Shown piece after piece: positions 25,301 to 37,182 of a stretch of 64,000 nt of DNA. The position numbers were made by a program, and so were the translations under genes. Below the pieces are notes generated by a model. That model saw only the letters and a program-made list of their open reading frames with translations, did no database searches and was not told where the DNA came from. Position 1 is the stretch's first letter. Each line of letters starts with the position of its first letter. Origin of the DNA: Eledone cirrhosa (taxonomy: Eukaryota); NCBI GenBank assembly GCA_964016885.1, contig OZ024741.1:2976001-3040000 (forward strand). The letters are read 5' to 3'.

Positions 25301-28300
25301 TCCCCTGACAGTTTATTCTCTGAAGATCTTCTACTGTCCAGTTCTCCTCACACTTTCTTCTTTGAAGATCTTCTACTGTCCAGCTCTCCTCACACTTTCT
25401 TCTCTGAAGAACTTCTGCTGTCCAGCTCTCCTCACATTTTCTTCTCTGAAGACCTTCTACTGTCCAGCTCTCCATACAGTTTCTTCTCTGAAGTTCTACT
25501 AATGTCCAGCTCTACTCACATTTTCTACTCTGAAGACCTTCTGTTGTCCAGCTCTCCTCACAGATTCTTCTCTGAAGAGATTCTACTGTCCAGCTCTCCT
25601 CACAGTTTCTTCTGTGAAGACCTTCTGCTGTCCAGCTCTCCTCACACTTTCTTCTCTGAAGATCTTCTACAGTCCAGCTCTCCTCACAGTTTCTTCTGTG
25701 AAGACATTCTACTGTCCAGCTCTCCTCATAGTTTCTTCTCTGAAGACCTTCTGCTGTCCAGCTCTCCTCACAGTTTCTTCTCTGAACACCTTCTACTGTC
25801 TAGCTCTCAGGACAGTTTCTTCTCTGAATACCTTCTACTCTCACGCTCTCGTCACAGTTTCTTCTCTGAAGACCTTCTACTGTCCAGCTCTCCTCACAGT
25901 TTCTTCTCTGAAGACCTACTGTCCAGCTCTCCTCACAGTTTCTTTTCTGAAGACATTTTACTGTCCAGTTCTCCTCACACTTTCTTCTTTGAAGACCTTC
26001 TACTGTCCAGCTCTCCTCACAGTTTCTTTTCTGAAGACATTCTACTGTCCAGTTCTCCTCACACTTTCTTCTTTGAAGACCTTCTACTGTCCAGCTCTCC
26101 TCACAGTTTCTTCTCTGAAGACCTACTGTCCAGCTCTCCTCACAGTTTCTTTTCTGAAGACCTTCTGCTGCCCAGCACTCCTCACAGTTTCTTCTCTGAA
26201 CACCTTCTACTGTCCAGCTCTCCTCACAGTTTCTTCTCTGAAGTCCTTCTTCTGTCCAGCTCTCCTCACAGTTTCTTCTCTGAAGACCTTCTACTGTCCA
26301 GCTCTCCTCACAGTTTCTTCTCTGAAGACCCTTCTACTCTTCAGCTCACATGACAGTTTATTCTCTGAATATCTTCTACTGTCCAGTTCTCCTCACACTT
26401 TCTTCTCTGAAGATCTTCTACTGTCCAGCTCTCCTCAGACTTTCTTCTCTGAAGACCTTCTGCTGTCCAGCTCTCCTCACATTTTCTTCTCTGAAGACCT
26501 TCTACTGTCCAGCTCTCCTCACAGTTTCTCCTCTGAAGTTCTACTAATGTCCAGCTCTCCTCACATTTTCTACTCTGAAGACCTTCTGTTGTCCAGCTCT
26601 CCTCACAGTTTCTTCTCTGAAGACTTTCTGCTGTCCAGCTCTCCTCACACTTTCTTCTCTGAAGACCTGCTGCTGTCTAGCTCTCCTCACAGTTTCTTCT
26701 CTGAAGATCTTCTACTGTCCAGCTCTCCTCACAGTTTCTTCTGTGAAGACATTCTACTTTCCAGCTCTCCTCATAATTTCTTCTCTGAAGACCTTCTGCT
26801 GTCCAGCTCTCCTCACAATTTCTTCTCTGAAGACCTTCTACTGTATAGTTCTTCGGACAGTTTCTTCTCTGAAGACCTTCTACTGTCCAGCTCTCCTCAT
26901 GATTTCTTCTCTGAAGACCTTCTACTGTCCAGCTCTCCTCACAGTTTCTTCTGTGAAGACATTCTACTGTCCAGCTCTCCTCATAATTTCTTCTCTGAAG
27001 ACCTGCTGCTGTCCAGCTCTCCTCACACTTTCTTCTTTGAAAACCTTCTACTGTCCAGCTCTCCTCACAGTTTCTTCTCTGAAGACCTACTGTCCAGCTC
27101 TCCTCACAGTTTCTTCTCTGATGTTCTACTACTATCCAGCTCTCCTCATAGTTTCTTCTCTGAAGACCTTCTACTGTCCAGCTCTCCTCACAGTTTCTTC
27201 TCTGAAGAGCTTCTACTGTTCAGCTCCCCTGACAGTTTATTCTCTGAAGATCTTCTACTGTCCAGTTCTCCTCACACTTTCTTCTCTGAAGATCTTCTAC
27301 TCTCCAGCTCTCCTCACAGTTTCTTCTCTGAAGACCTTCTACTGTCCAGCTCTCCTCACAGTTTCTTCTCTGAAGACCTTCTGTTGTCCAGCTCTCCTCA
27401 CAGTTTCTTCTCTGAAGACCTTCTACTGTCCAGCTCTCGTCATCATTTCTTCTCTGCAGACCTTCTACTGTCCAGCTCTCCTCACAGTTTCTTCTCTGCA
27501 GATTTTCGACTGTCCAGCTCACCTCACAGTTTCTTCTCTGAAGAGCTTCTACTGTTCAGCTCCCCTGACAGTTTATTCTCTGAAGATCTTCTACTGTCCA
27601 GTTCTCCTCACACTTTCTTCTCTGAAGATCTTCTACTCTCCAGCTCTCCTCACACTTTCTTCTCTGAAGTTCTACTAATGTCCAGCTCTCCTCACATTTT
27701 CTACTCTGAAGACCTTCTGTTGTCCAGCTCTCCTCACAGATTCTTCTCTGAAGAGATTCTACTGTCCAGCTCTCCTCATAATTTATTCTCTGAAGACATT
27801 CTGCTGTCCAGCTCTCCTCACAGTTTCTTCTCTGAAGACCTTCTACTGTCCAGCTCTCCTCACAGTTTCTTCTCTGAAGACCTTCTGTTGTCCAGCTCTC
27901 CTCACAGTTTCTTCTCTGAAGACCTTCTATTGTCCAGCTCTCGTCATCATTTCTTCTCTGCAGACCTTCTACTGTCCAGCTCTCCTCACAGTTTTTTCTC
28001 TGCAGATTTTCGACTGTCCAGTTCTCCTCACACTTTCTTCTCTGAACACCTTCTACTGTCCAGCTCTCCTCAAAGTTTCTTCTCTGAAGTCCTTCTTCTG
28101 TCCAGATCTCCTCACAGTTTCTTCTCTGAAGACCTTCTACTGTCCAGCTCTCCTCACAGTTTCTTCTCTGAAGAGCTTCTACTGTTCAGCTCCCCTGACA
28201 GTTTATTCTCTGAAGATCTTCTACTGTCCAGTTCTCCTCACACTTTCTTCTCTGAAGATCTTCTACTGTCCAGCTCTCCTCACACTTTCTTCTCTGAAGA

Positions 28301-28964
28301 ACTTCTGCTGTCCAGCTCTCCTCACATTTTCTTCTCTGAAGACCTTCTACTGTCCAGCTCTCCATACAGTTTATTCTCTGAAGTTCTACTAATGTCCAGC
28401 TCTACTCGCATTTTCTACTCTGAAGACCTTCTGTTGTCCAGCTCTCCTCACAGATTCTTCTCTGAAGAGATTCTACTATCCAGCTCTCCTCACAGTTTCT
28501 TCGGTGAAGACCTTCTGCTGTCCAGCTCTCCTCACACTTTCTTCTCTGAAGATCTTCTACAGTCCAGCTCTCCTCACAGTTTCTTCTGTGAAGACATTCT
28601 ACTGTCCAGCTCTCCTCATAATTTCTTCTCTGAAGACCTTCTGCTGTCCAGCTCTCCTCACAGTTTCTTTTCTGAAGACATTCTACTGTCCAGTTCTCCT
28701 CACACTTTCTTCTTTGAAGACCTTCTACTGTCCAGCTCTCCTCACAGTTTCTTCTCTGAAGACCTACTGTCCAGCTCTCCTCACAGTTTCTTTTCTGAAG
28801 ACCTTCTGCTGCCCAGCACTCCTCACAGTTTCTTCTCTGAACACCTTCTACTGTCCAGCTCTCCTCACAGTTTCTTCTCTGAAGTCCTTCTTCTGTCCAG
28901 CTCTCCTCACAGTTTCTTCTCTGAAGACCTTCTACTGTCCAGCTCTCCTCACAGTTTCTTCTCT
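16391..28964. repeat. Two tandem copies of a 6287-bp super-unit (3646 + 2641 bp; 150 monomers)
   Basis: ORF pairs 16417/22704, 16810/23097, 19327/25614, 20456/26743 and 22217/28504 are all offset by 6287, with near-identical translations over the duplicated span. Confidence 0.93.
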
Positions 28965-31900
28965 GAAGACCCTTCTACTCTTCAGCTCCCATGACAGTTT
29001 ATTCTCTGAATATCTTCTACTGTCCAGTTCTCCTCACACTTTCTTCTTTGAAGATCTTCTACTGTCCAGCTCTCCTCAGACTTTCTTCTCTGAAGACCTT
29101 CTGCTGTCCAGCTCTCCTCACATTTTCTTCTCTGAAGACCTTCTACTGTCCAGCTCTCCTCACAGTTTCTCCTCTGAAGTTCTACTAATGTCCAGCTCTC
29201 CTCACATTTTCTACTCTGAAGACCTTCTGTTGTCCAGCTCTCCTCACAGTTTCTTCTCTGAAGACTTTCTGCTGTCCAGCTCTCCTCACACTTTCTTCTC
29301 TGAAGATCTTCTACTGTCCAGCTCTCCTCACAGTTTCTTCTGTGAAGACATTCTATTTTCCAGCTCTCCTCATAATTTCTTCTCTGAAGACCTTCTGCTG
29401 TCCAGCTCTCCTCACAATTTCTTCTCTGAAGACCTTCTACTGTATAGTTCTCCGGACAGTTTCTTCTCTGAAGACCTTCTACTGTCCAGCTCTCCTCATG
29501 ATTTCTTCTCTGAAGACCTTCTACTGTCCAGCTCTCCTCACAGTTTCTTCTGTGAAGACATTCTACTGTCCAGCTCTCCTCATAATTTCTTCTCTGAAGA
29601 CCTGCTGCTGTCCAGCTCTCCTCACACTTTCTTCTTTGAAAACCTTCTACTGTCCAGCTCTCCTCACAGTTTCTTCTCTGAAGACCTACTGTCCAGCTCT
29701 CCTCACAGTTTCTTCTCTGATGTTCTACTACTGTCCAGCTCTCCTCATAGTTTCTTCTCTGAAGACCTTCTACTGTCCAGCTCTCCTCACAGTTTCTTCT
29801 CTGAAGAGCTTCTACTGTTCAGCTCCCCTGACAGTTTATTCTCTGAAGATCTTCTACTGTCCAGTTCTCCTCACACTTTCTTCTCTGAAGATCTTCTACT
29901 CTCCAGCTCTCCTCACAGTTTCTTCTCTGAAGACCTTCTACTGTCCAGCTCTCCTCACAGTTTCTTCTCTGAAGACCTTCTGTTGTCCAGCTCTCCTCAC
30001 AGTTTCTTCTCTGAAGACCTTCTACTGTCCAGCTCTCGTCATCATTTCTTCTCTGCAGACCTTCTACTGTCCAGCTCTCCTCACAGTTTCTTCTCTGCAG
30101 ATTTTCGACTGTCCAGTTCTCCTCACACTTTCTTCTCTGAACACCTTCTACTGTCCAGCTCTCCTCACAGTTTCTTCTCTGAAGAGCTTCTACCGTTCAG
30201 CTCCCCTGGCAGTTTATTCTCTGAAGATCTTCTACTGTCCAGTTCTCCTCATACTTTCTTTTCTGAAGACCTTCTGCTGCCCAGCACTCCTCACAGTTTC
30301 TTCTCTGAACACCTTCTACTGTCCAGCTCTCCTCACAGTTTCTTCTCTGAAGTCCTTCTTCTGTCCAGCTCTCCTCACAGTTTCTTCTCTGAAGACCTTC
30401 TACTGTCCAGCTCTCCTCACAGTTTCTTCTCTGAAGACCCTTCTACTCTTCAGCTCACATGACAGTTTATTCTCTGAATATCTTCTACTGTCCAGTTCTC
30501 CTCACACTTTCTTCTCTGAAGATCTTCTACTGTCCAGCTCTCCTCAGACTTTCTTCTCTGAAGACCTTCTGCTGTCCAGCTCTCCTCACATTTTCTTCTC
30601 TGAAGACCTTCTACTGTCCAGCTCTCCTCACAGTTTCTCCTCTGAAGTTCTACTAATGTCCAGCTCTCCTCACATTTTCTACTCTGAAGACCTTCTGTTG
30701 TCCAGCTCTCCTCACAGTTTCTTCTCTGAAGACTTTCTGCTGTCCAGCTCTCCTCACACTTTCTTCTCTGAAGACCTGCTGCTGTCTAGCTCTCCTCACA
30801 GTTTCTTCTCTGAAGATCTTCTACTGTCCAGCTCTCCTCACAGTTTCTTCTGTGAAGACATTCTACTTTCCAGCTCTCCTCATAATTTCTTCTCTGAAGA
30901 CCTTCTGCTGTCCAGCTCTCCTCACAATTTCTTCTCTGAAGACCTTCTACTGTATAGTTCTTCGGACAGTTTCTTCTCTGAAGACCTTCTACTGTCCAGC
31001 TCTCCTCATGATTTCTTCTCTGAAGACCTTCTACTGTCCAGCTCTCCTCACAGTTTCTTCTGTGAAGACATTCTACTGTCCAGCTCTCCTCATAATTTCT
31101 TCTCTGAAGACCTGCTGCTGTCCAGCTCTCCTCACACTTTCTTCTTTGAAAACCTTCTACTGTCCAGCTCTCCTCACAGTTTCTTCTCTGAAGACCTACT
31201 GTCCAGCTCTCCTCACAGTTTCTTCTCTGATGTTCTACTACTGTCCAGCTCTCCTCATAGTTTCTTCTCTGAAGACCTTCTACTGTCCAGCTCTCCTCAC
31301 AGTTTCTTCTCTGAAGAGCTTCTACTGTTCAGCTCCCCTGACAGTTTATTCTCTGAAGATCTTCTACTGTCCAGTTCTCCTCACACTTTCTTCTCTGAAG
31401 ATCTTCTACTCTCCAGCTCTCCTCACAGTTTCTTCTCTGAAGACCTTCTACTGTCCAGCTCTCCTCACAGTTTCTTCTCTGAAGACCTTCTGTTGTCCAG
31501 CTCTCCTCACAGTTTCTTCTCTGAAGACCTTCTACTGTCCAGCTCTCGTCATCATTTCTTCTCTGCAGACCTTCTACTGTCCAGCTCTCCTCACAGTTTC
31601 TTCTCTGCAGATTTTCGACTGTCCAGCTCACCTCACAGTTTCTTCTCTGAAGAGCTTCTACTGTTCAGCTCCCCTGACAGTTTATTCTCTGAAGATCTTC
31701 TACTGTCCAGTTCTCCTCACACTTTCTTCTCTGAAGATCTTCTACTCTCCAGCTCTCCTCACACTTTCTTCTCTGAAGTTCTACTAATGTCCAGCTCTCC
31801 TCACATTTTCTACTCTGAAGACCTTCTGTTGTCCAGCTCTCCTCACAGATTCTTCTCTGAAGCGATTCTACTGTCCAGCTCTCCTCATAATTTATTCTCT

Positions 31901-34900
31901 GAAGACCTTCTGCTGTCCAGCTCTCCTCACAGTTTCTTCTCTGAAGACCTTCTACTGTCCAGCTCTCCTCACAGTTTCTTCTCTGAAGACCTTCTGTTGT
32001 CCAGCTCTCCTCACAGTTTCTTCTCTGAAGACCTTCTACTGTCCAGCTCTCGTCATCATTTCTTCTCTGCAGACCTTTTACTGTCCAGCTCTCCTCACAG
32101 TTTTTTCTCTGCAGATTTTCGACTGTCCAGTTCTCCTCACACTTTCTTCTCTGAACACCTTCTACTGTCCAGCTCTCCTCAAAGTTTCTTCTCTGAAGTC
32201 CTTCTTCTGTCCAGATCTCCTCACAGTTTCTTCTCTGAAGACCTTCTACTGTCCAGCTCTCCTCACAGTTTCTTCTCTGAAGAGCTTCTACTGTTCAGCT
32301 CCCCTGACAGTTTATTCTCTGAAGATCTTCTACTGTCCAGTTCTCCTCACACTTTCTTCTCTGAAGATCTTCTACTGTCCAGCTCTCCTCACACTTTCTT
32401 CTCTGAAGAACTTCTGCTGTCCAGCTCTCCTCACATTTTCTTCTCTGAAGACCTTCTACTGTCCAGCTCTCCATACAGTTTCTTCTCTGAAGTTCTACTA
32501 ATGTCCAGCTCTACTCACATTTTCTACTCTGAAGACCTTCTGTTGTCCAGCTCTCCTCACAGATTCTTCTCTGAAGAGATTCTACTGTCCAGCTCTCCTC
32601 ACAGTTTCTTCTGTGAAGACCTTCTGCTGTCCAGCTCTCCTCACACTTTCTTCTCTGAAGATCTTCTACAGTCCAGCTCTCCTCACAGTTTCTTCTGTGA
32701 AGACATTCTACTGTCCAGCTCTCCTCATAATTTCTTCTCTGAAGACCTTCTGCTGTCCAGCTCTCCTCACAGTTTCTTTTCTGAAGACATTCTACTGTCC
32801 AGTTCTCCTCACACTTTCTTCTTTGAAGACCTTCTACTGTCCAGCTCTCCTCACAGTTTCTTCTCTGAAGACCTACTGTCCAGCTCTCCTCACAGTTTCT
32901 TTTCTGAAGACCTTCTGCTGCCCAGCACTCCTCACAGTTTCTTCTCTGAACACCTTCTACTGTCCAGCTCTCCTCACAGTTTCTTCTCTGAAGTCCTTCT
33001 TCTGTCCAGCTCTCCTCACAGTTTCTTCTCTGAAGACCTTCTACTGTCCAGCTCTCCTCACAGTTTCTTCTCTGAAGACCCTTCTACTCTTCAGCTCCCA
33101 TGACAGTTTATTCTCTGAATATCTTCTACTGTCCAGTTCTCCTCACACTTTCTTCTTTGAAGATCTTCTACTGTCCAGCTCTCCTCAGACTTTCTTCTCT
33201 GAAGACCTTCTGCTGTCCAGCTCTCCTCACATTTTCTTCTCTGAAGACCTTCTACTGTCCAGCTCTCCTCACAGTTTCTCCTCTGAAGTTCTACTAATGT
33301 CCAGCTCTCCTCACATTTTCTACTCTGAAGACCTTCTGTTGTCCAGCTCTCCTCACAGTTTCTTCTCTGAAGACTTTCTGCTGTCCAGCTCTCCTCACAC
33401 TTTCTTCTCTGAAGATCTTCTACTGTCCAGCTCTCCTCACAGTTTCTTCTGTGAAGACATTCTATTTTCCAGCTCTCCTCATAATTTCTTCTCTGAAGAC
33501 CTTCTGCTGTCCAGCTCTCCTCACAATTTCTTCTCTGAAGACCTTCTACTGTATAGTTCTCCGGACAGTTTCTTCTCTGAAGACCTTCTACTGTCCAGCT
33601 CTCCTCATGATTTCTTCTCTGAAGACCTTCTACTGTCCAGCTCTCCTCACAGTTTCTTCTGTGAAGACATTCTACTGTCCAGCTCTCCTCATAATTTCTT
33701 CTCTGAAGACCTGCTGCTGTCCAGCTCTCCTCACACTTTCTTCTTTGAAAACCTTCTACTGTCCAGCTCTCCTCACAGTTTCTTCTCTGAAGACCTACTG
33801 TCCAGCTCTCCTCACAGTTTCTTCTCTGATGTTCTACTACTGTCCAGCTCTCCTCATAGTTTCTTCTCTGAAGACCTTCTACTGTCCAGCTCTCCTCACA
33901 GTTTCTTCTCTGAAGAGCTTCTACTGTTCAGCTCCCCTGACAGTTTATTCTCTGAAGATCTTCTACTGTCCAGTTCTCCTCACACTTTCTTCTCTGAAGA
34001 TCTTCTACTCTCCAGCTCTCCTCACAGTTTCTTCTCTGAAGACCTTCTACTGTCCAGCTCTCCTCACAGTTTCTTCTCTGAAGACCTTCTGTTGTCCAGC
34101 TCTCCTCACAGTTTCTTCTCTGAAGACCTTCTACTGTCCAGCTCTCGTCATCATTTCTTCTCTGCAGACCTTCTACTGTCCAGCTCTCCTCACAGTTTCT
34201 TCTCTGCAGATTTTCGACTGTCCAGTTCTCCTCACACTTTCTTCTCTGAACACCTTCTACTGTCCAGCTCTCCTCACAGTTTCTTCTCTGAAGAGCTTCT
34301 ACCGTTCAGCTCCCCTGGCAGTTTATTCTCTGAAGATCTTCTACTGTCCAGTTCTCCTCATACTTTCTTTTCTGAAGACCTTCTGCTGCCCAGCACTCCT
34401 CACAGTTTCTTCTCTGAACACCTTCTACTGTCCAGCTCTCCTCACAGTTTCTTCTCTGAAGTCCTTCTTCTGTCCAGCTCTCCTCACAGTTTCTTCTCTG
34501 AAGACCTTCTACTGTCCAGCTCTCCTCACAGTTTCTTCTCTGAAGACCCTTCTACTCTTCAGCTCACATGACAGTTTATTCTCTGAATATCTTCTACTGT
34601 CCAGTTCTCCTCACACTTTCTTCTCTGAAGATCTTCTACTGTCCAGCTCTCCTCAGACTTTCTTCTCTGAAGACCTTCTGCTGTCCAGCTCTCCTCACAT
34701 TTTCTTCTCTGAAGACCTTCTACTGTCCAGCTCTCCTCACAGTTTCTCCTCTGAAGTTCTACTAATGTCCAGCTCTCCTCACATTTTCTACTCTGAAGAC
34801 CTTCTGTTGTCCAGCTCTCCTCACAGTTTCTTCTCTGAAGACTTTCTGCTGTCCAGCTCTCCTCACACTTTCTTCTCTGAAGACCTGCTGCTGTCTAGCT

Positions 34901-37182
34901 CTCCTCACAGTTTCTTCTCTGAAGATCTTCTACTGTCCAGCTCTCCTCACAGTTTCTTCTGTGAAGACATTCTACTTTCCAGCTCTCCTCATAATTTCTT
35001 CTCTGAAGACCTTCTGCTGTCCAGCTCTCCTCACAATTTCTTCTCTGAAGACCTTCTACTGTATAGTTCTTCGGACAGTTTCTTCTCTGAAGACCTTCTA
35101 CTGTCCAGCTCTCCTCATGATTTCTTCTCTGAAGACCTTCTACTGTCCAGCTCTCCTCACAGTTTCTTCTGTGAAGACATTCTACTGTCCAGCTCTCCTC
35201 ATAATTTCTTCTCTGAAGACCTGCTGCTGTCCAGCTCTCCTCACACTTTCTTCTTTGAAAACCTTCTACTGTCCAGCTCTCCTCACAGTTTCTTCTCTGA
35301 AGACCTACTGTCCAGCTCTCCTCACAGTTTCTTCTCTGATGTTCTACTACTGTCCAGCTCTCCTCATAGTTTCTTCTCTGAAGACCTTCTACTGTCCAGC
35401 TCTCCTCACAGTTTCTTCTCTGAAGAGCTTCTACTGTTCAGCTCCCCTGACAGTTTATTCTCTGAAGATCTTCTACTGTCCAGTTCTCCTCACACTTTCT
35501 TCTCTGAAGATCTTCTACTCTCCAGCTCTCCTCACAGTTTCTTCTCTGAAGACCTTCTACTGTCCAGCTCTCCTCACAGTTTCTTCTCTGAAGACCTTCT
35601 GTTGTCCAGCTCTCCTCACAGTTTCTTCTCTGAAGACCTTCTACTGTCCAGCTCTCGTCATCATTTCTTCTCTGCAGACCTTCTACTGTCCAGCTCTCCT
35701 CACAGTTTCTTCTCTGCAGATTTTCGACTGTCCAGCTCACCTCACAGTTTCTTCTCTGAAGAGCTTCTACTGTTCAGCTCCCCTGACAGTTTATTCTCTG
35801 AAGATCTTCTACTGTCCAGTTCTCCTCACACTTTCTTCTCTGAAGATCTTCTACTCTCCAGCTCTCCTCACACTTTCTTCTCTGAAGTTCTACTAATGTC
35901 CAGCTCTCCTCACATTTTCTACTCTGAAGACCTTCTGTTGTCCAGCTCTCCTCACAGATTCTTCTCTGAAGCGATTCTACTGTCCAGCTCTCCTCATAAT
36001 TTATTCTCTGAAGACCTTCTGCTGTCCAGCTCTCCTCACAGTTTCTTCTCTGAAGACCTTCTACTGTCCAGCTCTCCTCACAGTTTCTTCTCTGAAGACC
36101 TTCTGTTGTCCAGCTCTCCTCACAGTTTCTTCTCTGAAGACCTTCTACTGTCCAGCTCTCGTCATCATTTCTTCTCTGCAGACCTTTTACTGTCCAGCTC
36201 TCCTCACAGTTTTTTCTCTGCAGATTTTCGACTGTCCAGTTCTCCTCACACTTTCTTCTCTGAACACCTTCTACTGTCCAGCTCTCCTCAAAGTTTCTTC
36301 TCTGAAGTCCTTCTTCTGTCCAGATCTCCTCACAGTTTCTTCTCTGAAGACCTTCTACTGTCCAGCTCTCCTCACAGTTTCTTCTCTGAAGAGCTTCTAC
36401 TGTTCAGCTCCCCTGACAGTTTATTCTCTGAAGATCTTCTACTGTCCAGTTCTCCTCACACTTTCTTCTCTGAAGATCTTCTACTGTCCAGCTCTCCTCA
36501 CACTTTCTTCTCTGAAGAACTTCTGCTGTCCAGCTCTCCTCACATTTTCTTCTCTGAAGACCTTCTACTGTCCAGCTCTCCATACAGTTTCTTCTCTGAA
36601 GTTCTACTAATGTCCAGCTCTACTCACATTTTCTACTCTGAAGACCTTCTGTTGTCCAGCTCTCCTCACAGATTCTTCTCTGAAGAGATTCTACTGTCCA
36701 GCTCTCCTCACAGTTTCTTCTGTGAAGACCTTCTGCTGTCCAGCTCTCCTCACACTTTCTTCTCTGAAGATCTTCTACAGTCCAGCTCTCCTCACAGTTT
36801 CTTCTGTGAAGACATTCTACTGTCCAGCTCTCCTCATAATTTCTTCTCTGAAGACCTTCTGCTGTCCAGCTCTCCTCACAGTTTCTTTTCTGAAGACATT
36901 CTACTGTCCAGTTCTCCTCACACTTTCTTCTTTGAAGACCTTCTACTGTCCAGCTCTCCTCACAGTTTCTTCTCTGAAGACCTACTGTCCAGCTCTCCTC
37001 ACAGTTTCTTTTCTGAAGACCTTCTGCTGCCCAGCACTCCTCACAGTTTCTTCTCTGAACACCTTCTACTGTCCAGCTCTCCTCACAGTTTCTTCTCTGA
37101 AGTCCTTCTTCTGTCCAGCTCTCCTCACAGTTTCTTCTCTGAAGACCTTCTACTGTCCAGCTCTCCTCACAGTTTCTTCTCT
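28965..37182. repeat. Two tandem copies of a 4109-bp super-unit (1468 + 2641 bp; 98 monomers)
   Basis: ORF pairs 28504/32613, 29342/33451, 30852/34961 and 31329/35438 are offset by 4109 and appear identical. A private variant GAAGCGATT is shared at ~31860 and ~35969. Confidence 0.94.
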
